In this document: piece after piece, positions 1 to 9,200 of the stretch
Layout: each line of letters begins with the position of its first letter
How positions within the stretch are numbered: the first letter of the stretch is position 1
Assembly: GCA_964490125.1 (NCBI GenBank)
Contig: CAZBAJ010000005.1
Location: forward strand, 4,631-68,630
Direction of reading: 5' to 3'
DNA length: 64,000 bases
From: an uncultured Candidatus Saccharibacteria bacterium
GTDB lineage: Bacteria > Patescibacteriota > WWE3 > UBA101185 > UBA10185
Translations under genes and position numbers: made by a program
The notes under the pieces: generated by a model
Databases searched by the model: none
Told to the model about the DNA's origin: nothing
Seen by the model: only the letters and a program-made list of their open reading frames with translations

Positions 1-26
1 CAAGGATACCCAAGAGGAGGTGTATC

Positions 27-1112
27 GTGACATTCCTGAACCTGTTCGTCTACGCTGGTCTGATCGCGTTGGGCTGGATCGCGTGTGAGGTCTACTGGAC
101 CTCCATTCGGACTGACGCCCAGTCGGCCACCCACTTTCGGCGCGATGCCGTGGTGGGTCATCTGAAGTCCTACTGGGGCTTCATCAAGTTCGTGGGCGTC
201 GCCCTTCTGCTGTTCCTGGTCATCTCCCTGCTTTCCGGCTGTACCGTCGCTACGCGTGTGGTGGAGACCTTGGACAAGCCAGTCGCGAGCGCATTCGATG
301 GGACGGCCGAATCCGCCGAGCCTGTCGCTTCGGCAACCGCCGTCGTGGAACCGACCGAAGTGCCCGAGCCGATCAAGGTTTCGGAACCAATCAAAGGGCT
401 CGCAACCGACCTGGGGGCGCGGCTTTGTGATGCCGACATCACGACGATCGATGATCCCAAGAAGGCTCCCGCCATTGTGGTGGCGCCGGGCGAAGGGCTC
501 GTCATCTCGATGGACCCGGGCCGGGTTACGGCTGGGGATACGGAGGTCGTTTCGTCTGGCAGTGGTATACTGCTGGGTTTCACGAACGACACCAAGGAAC
601 CGGTGACGGTGACCGTGACTACCGGGTGGAACGCCCCGAATGGCAGGTGGAACACCTATATCTGTCGGTTCGACGGGAAAGCGATCGCCGAGCAGTCGGA
701 GATCAAGCAGGATGCGGAAAAGAAACCGGTGTATAAACTGGTCGTGATGAGCGATCTGATACCGGTTGTCACATCCGCCACTCCGGCGCCGAACGCCAAA
801 CCCGCGTCCAAGCCCGCCACAGTCAACTGCGACAGCTCGGGCCACTGGAAGGGCAAGTTGACCGTTCCTGCGGGTTGCACCCTTTGGGTATCCAGCGATG
901 CTGGCGGTGGAACCATCGACGATACGAAGTACAGCTACACTGAGGGCTACACCCTCAAGGTCTCTGGGCCGGCTGTCGTCGACATCACCACCCCCGAGGC
1001 GGGCAAGATCAACCACTGGATGGCTCCCACCGCCACCATGACGGCCGACAAAGATGGCAAGAACATCAATGTCAAGTGGGACGCCGCATCCAAGGAGCTG
1101 GTCAACCGCTGA
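27..1112 (+). CDS. GC-rich hypothetical secreted/lipoprotein-like protein (compositionally foreign)
   Basis: Long ORF with a GTG start at 27 that follows GAGGAGG. The whole ORF is about 65% GC, in sharp contrast to the AT-rich remainder of the window. N-terminal hydrophobic segments include a lipobox-like LLSGC. An alternative GTG start near 154 would give a classic lipoprotein signal. No recognisable catalytic motif. Confidence 0.45.
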   Translation: MTFLNLFVYAGLIALGWIACEVYWTSIRTDAQSATHFRRDAVVGHLKSYWGFIKFVGVALLLFLVISLLSGCTVATRVVETLDKPVASAFDGTAESAEPVASATAVVEPTEVPEPIKVSEPIKGLATDLGARLCDADITTIDDPKKAPAIVVAPGEGLVISMDPGRVTAGDTEVVSSGSGILLGFTNDTKEPVTVTVTTGWNAPNGRWNTYICRFDGKAIAEQSEIKQDAEKKPVYKLVVMSDLIPVVTSATPAPNAKPASKPATVNCDSSGHWKGKLTVPAGCTLWVSSDAGGGTIDDTKYSYTEGYTLKVSGPAVVDITTPEAGKINHWMAPTATMTADKDGKNINVKWDAASKELVNR

Positions 1113-1276
1113 GCGGTCACCGGGCGTCAAGTAGACACTTTAGACTGGACCCGTGTGTGGTGAAGATATAAGCCTTGCAATCCGCAAGCATTCTCTCATT
1201 ACACCCGGGTCCTTTTAGTATCTGTGGGATCTATTATTTATAGTCGCACAAAAATAGGCTATTATATTGTCATACT

Positions 1277-3400
1277 ATGAAAGAAAGAATTTCCAAACTT
1301 GGGTTTTATTCAAAGTTATTTATTGGGCTTGTGGTTTTTCATTTGGTTTTTTATGCAATTTTTAGGCATTTGCACACGGCTCCGCAGACCTTTGATAGCG
1401 CGGGGCATATGGCGTTGGCGTTTAAGTTTGCCCATTTATATAAGGACTTTTTGAATGGGGGAGAAACCACCCTGTACGATCTTTTAACCACCAGCTTTTA
1501 TTATCCGCCGTTAATGCATTGGGTTGGGGGGCTTGTCACTTTAATCTTTGGCAAGAGTTTTAATTTAATGCTTTACATGGTGTTTTTTAGCTTTTTGGGG
1601 TGTTTAGTCCTTATTAGAAAGATTGTACTTGCCTTGGGCTTTGGGGAAAAGGTGGCTTTTTATAGCGCGTTATTTTATTCCTTTTTTCCTTTTGTAGCAG
1701 ATCAGTCCCGGCTTTTTCACACGGATATTCCCATGTCGTTTTTCCTTTTGCTGTCGCTTTACTTTTTAATTAAGAGCGGGGGATTTAGGGCTAAAAAATA
1801 CACTTTGTTGTTTTTTGTGGTTGCCGGTTTAGGCATGTTAATCCGCTGGTTTGTGGTGTTTTATTTAGCCGTGCCTGTTTTGTATGTATTGTACTTGGCG
1901 TTGGTGCGGGATAAGGCAGTAAAGCAGGTTTTGCCACAGATTGTTTTGGGTGGCGGTTTGTTTTTGGTAATTTGTTTGCCTTGGTATGTGGCCAATTTAG
2001 AACTTTTGCGGATAGTTTCTGCCTTTTTTGCCCAAGGGGAAAAGGATGATCCGCAGGTGTTTTTGTCGTTGGAAAACATCAGCTACTATTTAAAAAACAT
2101 TGGCGGGTTTCAAATCCTTTTTGCGCCATTTTTCTTTTCCATCGTGGCTTTAGTCCGGCTTTATAAAGTCAATAAAAAATGGGCAATACTGGCTGTTTTG
2201 GAACTTTTGGTTATTTATGTGCTGTTTACCGTCATTAAAAACAAAAACAGCAGATATGTTTTGGGGCTTTTACCGGTGTTTGGTTTTTTGACTGCTTATG
2301 GTTTTAGTTTAGTGTCAAAAAAGGTTTTTAAAGGGGTGGTTCTTGGACTTTGTTTGCTGGGTTTTTTCTATACTTCTTTAAATAAAGTTCCGGTTCGTAG
2401 TGTAGAAAGCGGCGCTTGGGGGGTTTTGCTGGCAGGACCTTTTTACGACAATTTATACATTTATCCGTATGTGTTTTCTTACCGCACCAGTCAGATGGAT
2501 GTAGAAAAGCTCTTGACGGATGTGTACTTTCAGGCCGGTAATGCCGGAATAAAGCCAGTGGGTGTGGCGTCCTCCGTGGATTCCGAGGCGGTTTCCGTGG
2601 CTAATTTAGAACTTGCCAGAACTTATTTAGGTTATGACGACTTATTTTTTACCACACCTTACTTTAGGGAGCGACGGTTTGAGTCGGACTACGAACTTAT
2701 TAAATATTTGCGCGACCGGGGAACCTCTTTTTTGTTTGACGCCGATTACGCAGGACCCGATAACCATAGGCATTACGGTCTTTTAGTCCAACTGGGGGAA
2801 TTTGCCAGAAACTACGGCACTTATTGGTTTGACAGAACTACTGTGTATGACTACAGCGGTAATGAGATTAGGGTTTTACGGAGAAAGAACTTTAATGCAA
2901 ACTTTCCCGTGGATACCTGCCGAATGTTTGACACCCAAGAGGGGAAGCTTGCTTTGCAGGCTGATCCACTAGCCTCATTAGTTATTTTTACTTCTGCCTT
3001 TAGCTACAACGGCGTTCAACGAGCTTACGAACCCCAAACTACCAGAATTTTAGAACTTAATAATTTTGGGACAGAGATAACTAATTACGAAATAGGGGGA
3101 TTACCTGCTTCTGTCTCTGTTTGTCATAGAATGGGAACACAAGTTAAATTGGTTAAAGAAATTTCCAAGGCTTTGGTCGACAAGAATTCAAAATGTGGAC
3201 AAAATAGTTGTACAAGTTTAGTGCATTCTAAATACGGACTCAAAGGGGTGTTAAAGGAAAAAAGATACTCTAAAGAAGATTTTGAAGGTAGAGGGCTTGC
3301 AAAACTTGCTAAACAGGCAAAAATATATCCATACTATGAGGAGTATTATTCCTTGAAAAAGGATATACTAGATGAGTTAGTTAGCCATGGAACAAACTAA
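1277..3400 (+). CDS. polytopic membrane glycosyltransferase, GT-C fold (PMT/ArnT-like)
   Basis: 707 aa with about 12 predicted TM helices in the N-terminal two-thirds and a large C-terminal soluble domain. The architecture and N-terminal loop composition resemble GT39/GT83 dolichyl/undecaprenyl-phosphate-sugar transferases. AT-rich codon usage typical of the window. Confidence 0.5.
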   Translation: MKERISKLGFYSKLFIGLVVFHLVFYAIFRHLHTAPQTFDSAGHMALAFKFAHLYKDFLNGGETTLYDLLTTSFYYPPLMHWVGGLVTLIFGKSFNLMLYMVFFSFLGCLVLIRKIVLALGFGEKVAFYSALFYSFFPFVADQSRLFHTDIPMSFFLLLSLYFLIKSGGFRAKKYTLLFFVVAGLGMLIRWFVVFYLAVPVLYVLYLALVRDKAVKQVLPQIVLGGGLFLVICLPWYVANLELLRIVSAFFAQGEKDDPQVFLSLENISYYLKNIGGFQILFAPFFFSIVALVRLYKVNKKWAILAVLELLVIYVLFTVIKNKNSRYVLGLLPVFGFLTAYGFSLVSKKVFKGVVLGLCLLGFFYTSLNKVPVRSVESGAWGVLLAGPFYDNLYIYPYVFSYRTSQMDVEKLLTDVYFQAGNAGIKPVGVASSVDSEAVSVANLELARTYLGYDDLFFTTPYFRERRFESDYELIKYLRDRGTSFLFDADYAGPDNHRHYGLLVQLGEFARNYGTYWFDRTTVYDYSGNEIRVLRRKNFNANFPVDTCRMFDTQEGKLALQADPLASLVIFTSAFSYNGVQRAYEPQTTRILELNNFGTEITNYEIGGLPASVSVCHRMGTQVKLVKEISKALVDKNSKCGQNSCTSLVHSKYGLKGVLKEKRYSKEDFEGRGLAKLAKQAKIYPYYEEYYSLKKDILDELVSHGTN

Positions 3401-5042
3401 ACCAAAATTTAATCCTAAATACATTTTTTTGATAATAGGCTTGTTTGTGTTTTACACCGTTGCTGGTGTGGTGGCTAGGGGAGCGTTTTTGGATAAATCA
3501 AAACCGTTTCCCACCTGGTCACACGATTCCAAAAACTCGGTACTCAATGTTTGGACTTCTTGGGATAGCGGTTTTTATTACGATTTAGCTCACAACGGCT
3601 ATCCAAAAATTGAGGAGGATATAAAAGTCGCCTACATTGCCGCCCCGCAAAATAAATGGTTAAAAGTTTATACCGGCGGGGGAATGTTGGGAGAAAATAG
3701 GTTCGCCTTGCCGTCGTCTAACATCTCTGAAAAAGTCAGCAATACAATATTTATTATAGGTAGACCTTTTAATGCTGAACGCATACCAATTTATTATGGC
3801 TATGAGGGTATTCCGTACTGCCTGTTTGATGGTCCGATAGATTACGCCAGGGATGTAGAAGTTGCCAGAGAAGCTTTATCCAATCCAACCGCCTGCGGCG
3901 ATTCCGCTTGTACCAAATCTTATGTAACTTACTACTCCGCGGAAACTAAAAGCGTTTTGTATCAGGAATATTTTATAACCGGCAGTACTGATCCCGTAAA
4001 AACCTATGGGGGAAGTAGGCCTTTAGGTTTAGTGAACAACACCTACATGGGGTTTGGTTGCAACAGCGTTACAACTAAAGACATTGAAACAGCAAAAAGC
4101 CTGGACTACACTCACCAGTTTACTAATATTTCTTTTGGACCGTTATATCCCTGGCTCGTCAAGGGTTTGTCCGTGCTTACAGGCGATGTTGTTCTTGCCG
4201 GACTTTTACTTTCTTTAGTTTTCTGTATTGCATCATCCGTGTTTTTTTACAAACTAGCCCTGCACTTTTTGTCCCAAAAATCTGCCTCTTTAAGTTTGTT
4301 AGCTTACCTACTGCTACCTTTTGCGTTTTTCAACTACGCCTTTTTGCCGGTAGCCCTTTTTAACCTAATGTTTTTTGCCGTTATCTACTTTGCGTTAGCC
4401 AAAAAATTCGTTTGGAGCATTGTTCTTACGCCGCTTTTAGTTTTAACATCCTTTTACGGACTGTTTGTATTAGTTCCTCTTTGGTTTATTTACTTTAATA
4501 AGGAAGAAAGTCCGGTAGTTGGTCGGCAAGTTAAAGAGCCCGCACCCGTTTTTTCTTATACTTTAAACGCCTTAACAGCTCTTTTAGCTCTTGGTATTAA
4601 TGTCGGACTTATTTATTCCGTTACGGGCGATGTTTTTGCTTTAATCAGCTCTAAAATGCCGTGGTGGGGTGGGGCGCAAAGTTTTATCGGTGGATTTGTC
4701 ACATACTTTATGCAACTTGACGCGTCCAAATTTTTAGAAATTGTCTTTTTTGTCGTCATGCTTGGTGGACTAATTGCTTTGTATTACCTAAAAGTTTTTG
4801 AAAGTAAGCTGTTAAAAAATATTGCTTTAGGTTGCGCAATTATGTTTGGATTTATTTGTTTATTAAACGGCGGACTTACAGGCGTGCTTAAATATTACGC
4901 TTTAGGTTTTCCTATGTTTTTATATTATGGACGACTGGGGGAGGGCAATAATCAATTTGTAAAACTGTTGATGTTTTTAGGACCTCTGTTTGGCGCGCTC
5001 TTTATGGTCCTTTGGACTTTAAGCCTGCGCCTGGTGGTTTAA
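3387..5042 (+). CDS. polytopic membrane protein, probable GT-C-like glycosyltransferase
   Basis: 551 aa with an N-terminal anchor helix, an extracytoplasmic domain of about 230 aa (WDSGFYYDLAHNGY motif) and a C-terminal bundle of about 9 TM helices. A 14-nt overlap with the upstream gene indicates an operon. Confidence 0.4.
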   Translation: MEQTKPKFNPKYIFLIIGLFVFYTVAGVVARGAFLDKSKPFPTWSHDSKNSVLNVWTSWDSGFYYDLAHNGYPKIEEDIKVAYIAAPQNKWLKVYTGGGMLGENRFALPSSNISEKVSNTIFIIGRPFNAERIPIYYGYEGIPYCLFDGPIDYARDVEVAREALSNPTACGDSACTKSYVTYYSAETKSVLYQEYFITGSTDPVKTYGGSRPLGLVNNTYMGFGCNSVTTKDIETAKSLDYTHQFTNISFGPLYPWLVKGLSVLTGDVVLAGLLLSLVFCIASSVFFYKLALHFLSQKSASLSLLAYLLLPFAFFNYAFLPVALFNLMFFAVIYFALAKKFVWSIVLTPLLVLTSFYGLFVLVPLWFIYFNKEESPVVGRQVKEPAPVFSYTLNALTALLALGINVGLIYSVTGDVFALISSKMPWWGGAQSFIGGFVTYFMQLDASKFLEIVFFVVMLGGLIALYYLKVFESKLLKNIALGCAIMFGFICLLNGGLTGVLKYYALGFPMFLYYGRLGEGNNQFVKLLMFLGPLFGALFMVLWTLSLRLVV

Positions 5043-5058
5043 TTTATACCCCATAGTA

Positions 5059-5089
5059 TTGGACAAAACCCGTTTTTATTGCTATAATG
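5059..5089 (+). promoter_or_regulatory. sigma70-like promoter (TTGGAC/TGGACA -35, TATAAT -10) preceded by the CCCATAGTATTG motif
   Basis: A -35-like hexamer at 5059-5064 and a perfect TATAAT at 5084-5089. The region lies in native AT-rich sequence immediately upstream of the GC-rich CDS. AAGGAG Shine-Dalgarno at 5142-5147. Confidence 0.4.
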
Positions 5090-5154
5090 GGCATATCTAC
5101 GATTGGTAGACTAGCTCTTTGAATCTCAAAAGTAATATCACAAGGAGAAGTGTC

Positions 5155-6168
5155 ATGAAACGCATGTTGGCTGTTCTGTCCGTTCTTCTCGTCCTGTTGG
5201 GGCTAGTTGCCCAGCAGGTGTCGGCATCTGGGCACATCGTTGTCGAGGGCGGTATCAACCGAGTCGAGGGGTTTGTCCCCTTCTCGCGAGACGGTGTTTA
5301 CACTAGCACTGCGAAACCATACGATGTTGTGGTTACAGTGTATAGAACGATACCGCAAGTACCCGATGTAACGATCCGCATCGAAGGTGAGGCAAGCTGG
5401 GTTCCATGGGTTTCTTCCGGAACGGGAAGTGCTGTATGGGAATACGGCACCTGGCATTTCTGGGGGATCCTTTTTCCCACGGATGGCAAGATCGAGGTTG
5501 GACTGCGCGCGCCTGCGCCCCTGGAGACTAAGCGCATCTCCGTGAATGTACAGGATGGGTTTGGGGCATCAGAGTCGCGGACAGCGTATGTGTCGCCAAT
5601 TGGACAACCGCCGACTGCAACACCGACGGCCACCCCAACGCAGACTGGCGTTCCGCCAACGGTAACGCCGACCAGTACTGCCACTCCGACGGCGACACCC
5701 GCACACACGGCAACGCCAACGGCTGAGCCGTTGATCGTGTTAGAAGGTGGGGTTAACTCACAAGAAGGGTTTACACCCCTTGATCCCACCAAACCGATCA
5801 CTGTCACAACTCGGTTCGCGGCCGACATCATCGCCACGGTGTACAACCGGGGCGGGCCTACTGGTGCGCGCATCACCGTTGATGGGTTCAGCGACTGGAA
5901 AGTTGATGTGAGCGGTACAACCGCAAAGCCCGAGTTCTCGGGGACCTTAGGGGATTGGGGGTCGTGGGACCTCGAAGGCACTTGGTCGGGCGAAGGTCCG
6001 ATAGAGATGGTAATCCATGTCAAGTCCCCACCGCCCTACCGCCCCAATCCCGGGTGGACCGTCAATGTGTCGGCGCGCCCCGCAGGCACAGACGACTGGC
6101 AGGTCCGCCAGGCTGTGATCCAGAACAGTCGCTTCGGCCCCATCTACCTGCCTTTTATCGTTCGATAA
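5155..6168 (+). CDS. GC-rich secreted protein with two duplicated domains joined by a Thr/Pro-rich linker
   Basis: ATG at 5155 follows AAGGAG. Signal peptide MKRMLAVLSVLLVLLGLVAQQVSASG. Two homologous domains of about 140 aa (HIVVEGGINRVEGF... and LIVLEGGVNSQEGF...) are separated by a linker (PPTATPTATPTQTGVPPTVTPTSTATPTATP). High GC begins exactly at the start codon. Confidence 0.6.
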   Translation: MKRMLAVLSVLLVLLGLVAQQVSASGHIVVEGGINRVEGFVPFSRDGVYTSTAKPYDVVVTVYRTIPQVPDVTIRIEGEASWVPWVSSGTGSAVWEYGTWHFWGILFPTDGKIEVGLRAPAPLETKRISVNVQDGFGASESRTAYVSPIGQPPTATPTATPTQTGVPPTVTPTSTATPTATPAHTATPTAEPLIVLEGGVNSQEGFTPLDPTKPITVTTRFAADIIATVYNRGGPTGARITVDGFSDWKVDVSGTTAKPEFSGTLGDWGSWDLEGTWSGEGPIEMVIHVKSPPPYRPNPGWTVNVSARPAGTDDWQVRQAVIQNSRFGPIYLPFIVR

Positions 6169-6288
6169 GATTTAGAGAGCAGGCGCCACGCCCCTCACAG
6201 TCACAAATGTATCCCGCTAATTTGGGGGATTACAGATGATTGAGAGGGCGTGGCGTTTTGCGTATCTGGCAGTATAATCAAACAAGCA

Positions 6289-9200
6289 ATGTTAAAAATT
6301 ATCTCATTTTTTAAAACCAATATTTCAGGAATTGTTTTAGTTGTCATTTGCCTCTATATTTGTCGCGCTAATTACACACCCGGCACTTTTTTAACCGGCT
6401 GGGATACTTTGCATCCGGAGTTTAACTACCGCATTTATTTAAGCCGTATTTTGGACGGGGTGTGGCAGGAACATCAGAGTTTGGGGGCGGTGGCTACTCA
6501 AGCCCACGCTAGCGAGATTCCGCGCATTTTAGTGTTAATGCTTTTGGATGTATTTTTGCCCATGAATATGGTTAGGTATGCTTACGCATTTTTGATGTTA
6601 ATTTTAGGTCCTTTGGGGCTGTACGCGTTTATTAAGTATGTGTTAAGGGGCAGGGGTTTTTGGACGGGGGAAGTGGCGGGTTTTGCCGGCGGGTTGTTTT
6701 ACTTGTTTAATCTTGGGACTTTACAGCATTTTTATGTACCACTGGAGATGTTTTTAACTCACTTTGGACTTTTGGGGTGGTTGTTTTTGACCGTGGTGTG
6801 GTTTTTGCGGGAGGGGAGTAAAAAAGCGCTTGTTTGGTTTTCTGTAGTTACGCTTTTTATGACTTCTCAAGCCCACACCGCAACTTTGTTTTATGCTTTT
6901 TTCCTGTATTTGGTGTTATATCTTCTGACATATTTTGTCGCACACAAATGTAACGGCCAAATTTTTAAAAGAGCCGTTCTTATAATCACAGGAACCCTTG
7001 TTATCAATCTATTTTGGTTTCTGCCAAATGTTTATTTTGCAGTTACTCACGGAAAAGAAATTCAGGAGTCAAAAATCCATTTGTTGTTTTCACAAGAGGC
7101 TTTTTTGCAGAATAAAGAGTTTGGAAACATTAAGGATACCGCTTTACTTAAAAGCTTTTTGTTTAATTGGGGGGAGTATGTGGGGAATAACAGATACGGG
7201 GATTTATTGGATGAGTGGAAGTATCACTTACAACAGCCTTTAGTAATTCCTTTGGGTTATGCTTTTTTTGGTATGGCGGTTCTGGGATTGATTATGGCTG
7301 TTGTTAGGCGGGAGAGGGAACTTGTAGGGATTGGACTAATGTTTTTAGTAGGGTTGTTCTTTATTTTTAATGTTAATCCGCCACTTGGGGGTGTTTTTGT
7401 CTGGTTGCAGGATAATATCCCGCTTTTTAAGGAGGCGTTTAGGTTTCCGTTCACTAAATTTTCCATAGGTTTATTGTTCTGCTATGCAGTATTTTTTTCC
7501 TACTTTGTGTCTGTTGTGGTCAAAGTCTTGGGAGGATGGTCTGCCCATCCGACGAATGGGCTTCCCGCCGTAGGCGGGATCGGGACCCGTTTGGCGGGGG
7601 GCAGACCTCCGACCAGAATACTCGCGTGGTTAGGGTTCGTCGTCCTACTTTTTCTGTCCTTCTACTACTATGCCAAACCCATGTTTACCGGCGGATTAAT
7701 AAGCCCAAGTATGCGCGTTGCCATTCCCCAAAGATACTTTGACATGTTTAGCTATTTTGATACCCAAAAGGAGTACGGGCGGGTACTTAATTTGCCAATC
7801 CATTCCATGTGGGGTTGGGTGTATCACAATTGGGATCCGCAAACTACTCTAGGCTATCAAGGCGCGGGTTTTTTGTGGTTTGGTATAAAACAGCCGTTAA
7901 TTAATAGGGAGTTTGACAGGTGGAATCTTACAAATGAAAAACCTTACATGGAAATTTCCACGGCAATTTATTCCGAGGATGTGGCTACGCTGGAAAAGCT
8001 TTTGGATAAGTACAAAATCCGTTGGTTTTTGGTGGACCAAAGTATTGTAGCGCCAGAGCAGGATGTCAAACAGCTTTTTTATCCCCAAATAGAGTCGCTT
8101 CTTAAGTCGTCCCCAAAAATTAAACTGGAGAAAGACTTTGGGGACGGTTTAGCAGTTTACAAATACTTTCCAGACAAGGACTTTGCCCAAAAGGAGTGGC
8201 TCGATACCTATTATATAGCGGGCGACAGCACTTTTAAGGAGCCAAACGACCCTATTTATAACACCTACGGGAATTACGCGGGAAATGACGAAAAGTCTTA
8301 TCCGTTTGTGGGTATTACCAATTACGACGAAAGCGTAAAGCAGGGTTACATTACCAGCGACGCCAAAAACCTATATTTTAATAATGCTTTGGCTTTTTCT
8401 AATTTGTCTGCCAATATTGCCGGCAATCTGTTTCAATACTTGGTTTTTCTGGACAAGGCGGGGGAGAACTACTTATTAAAATTTGAGCCCGTGGAGAAAT
8501 CGCTTGAACTTGGTTTTTCTTATGATTTAGGCAAACTTGATCCAAACATAGTTGGGGTTGCAATAAATAACTCGACGGTTTTGTCTGTTGTCAAACCGCA
8601 GGTGAGGCAAGTAGTGCTTTTGGATCCAAGTCAGCAAGTAAAAATAAGTCAGCTCTCCCAGTCGTCCAACTTACTTACCGACACAGATTTTTTTAGTGCG
8701 CTGGAAAATTGCAGTTTGGTGGGGGAACAAACCTCGTACTCTTTGGAGCGCGTGGAAAACGGCTTTGTGTTGTTGGCGCAAAATGTGGACGCGTGCGTTA
8801 CCGTAAATTTGCAAAACTATTTGGCCGACGATGCCGAGGGCAAGACGAATGGAGCTACAAGCTTAATCCCGGGCGATTCCTGGAGTGCGGGCAGTATCTA
8901 CCAAGTTACAGTAGGTTTAGGTGAAGGTGCGGTTCTAAACAAGCAGGAAGTTTGCGTTTTTGACGATGTTTCTGGACTTTGCGTTAACCCCCCGCTTGCA
9001 GACGGCAAAACATTTTTTACCCCTCTACCAGGCAGAAATTATAGCTTGCGACTCTTCGCTCGTGGTAAAAAGTCACTTGCTAGAGAGGTTAGGGTAGAGT
9101 ATTCCAATCTAGGACTTTATACGCTAAAGAATGAAAAAGAGTCGGCTTTTAAGCCCAACTTAGTCCTGCAAAAAGACTTGGTCTTAAGCAAGTGGCAATT

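Noticed and set aside
170-6023. Several long antisense or off-frame ORFs inside the two GC-rich genes (170-655, 256-606, 656-916, 5298-6023, 5203-5457, 5528-5719, 5955-6239)
   Set aside because: High GC suppresses stop codons in all frames. They overlap the far better supported sense ORFs and lack start signals.
6250-6288. GTG start at 6250 for the 1240-aa membrane protein (track start)
   Set aside because: This GTG lies inside the 3' arm of the inverted repeat that follows the GC-rich gene, upstream of the TATAAT at 6273-6278. The ATG at 6289 downstream of that -10 is more plausible.
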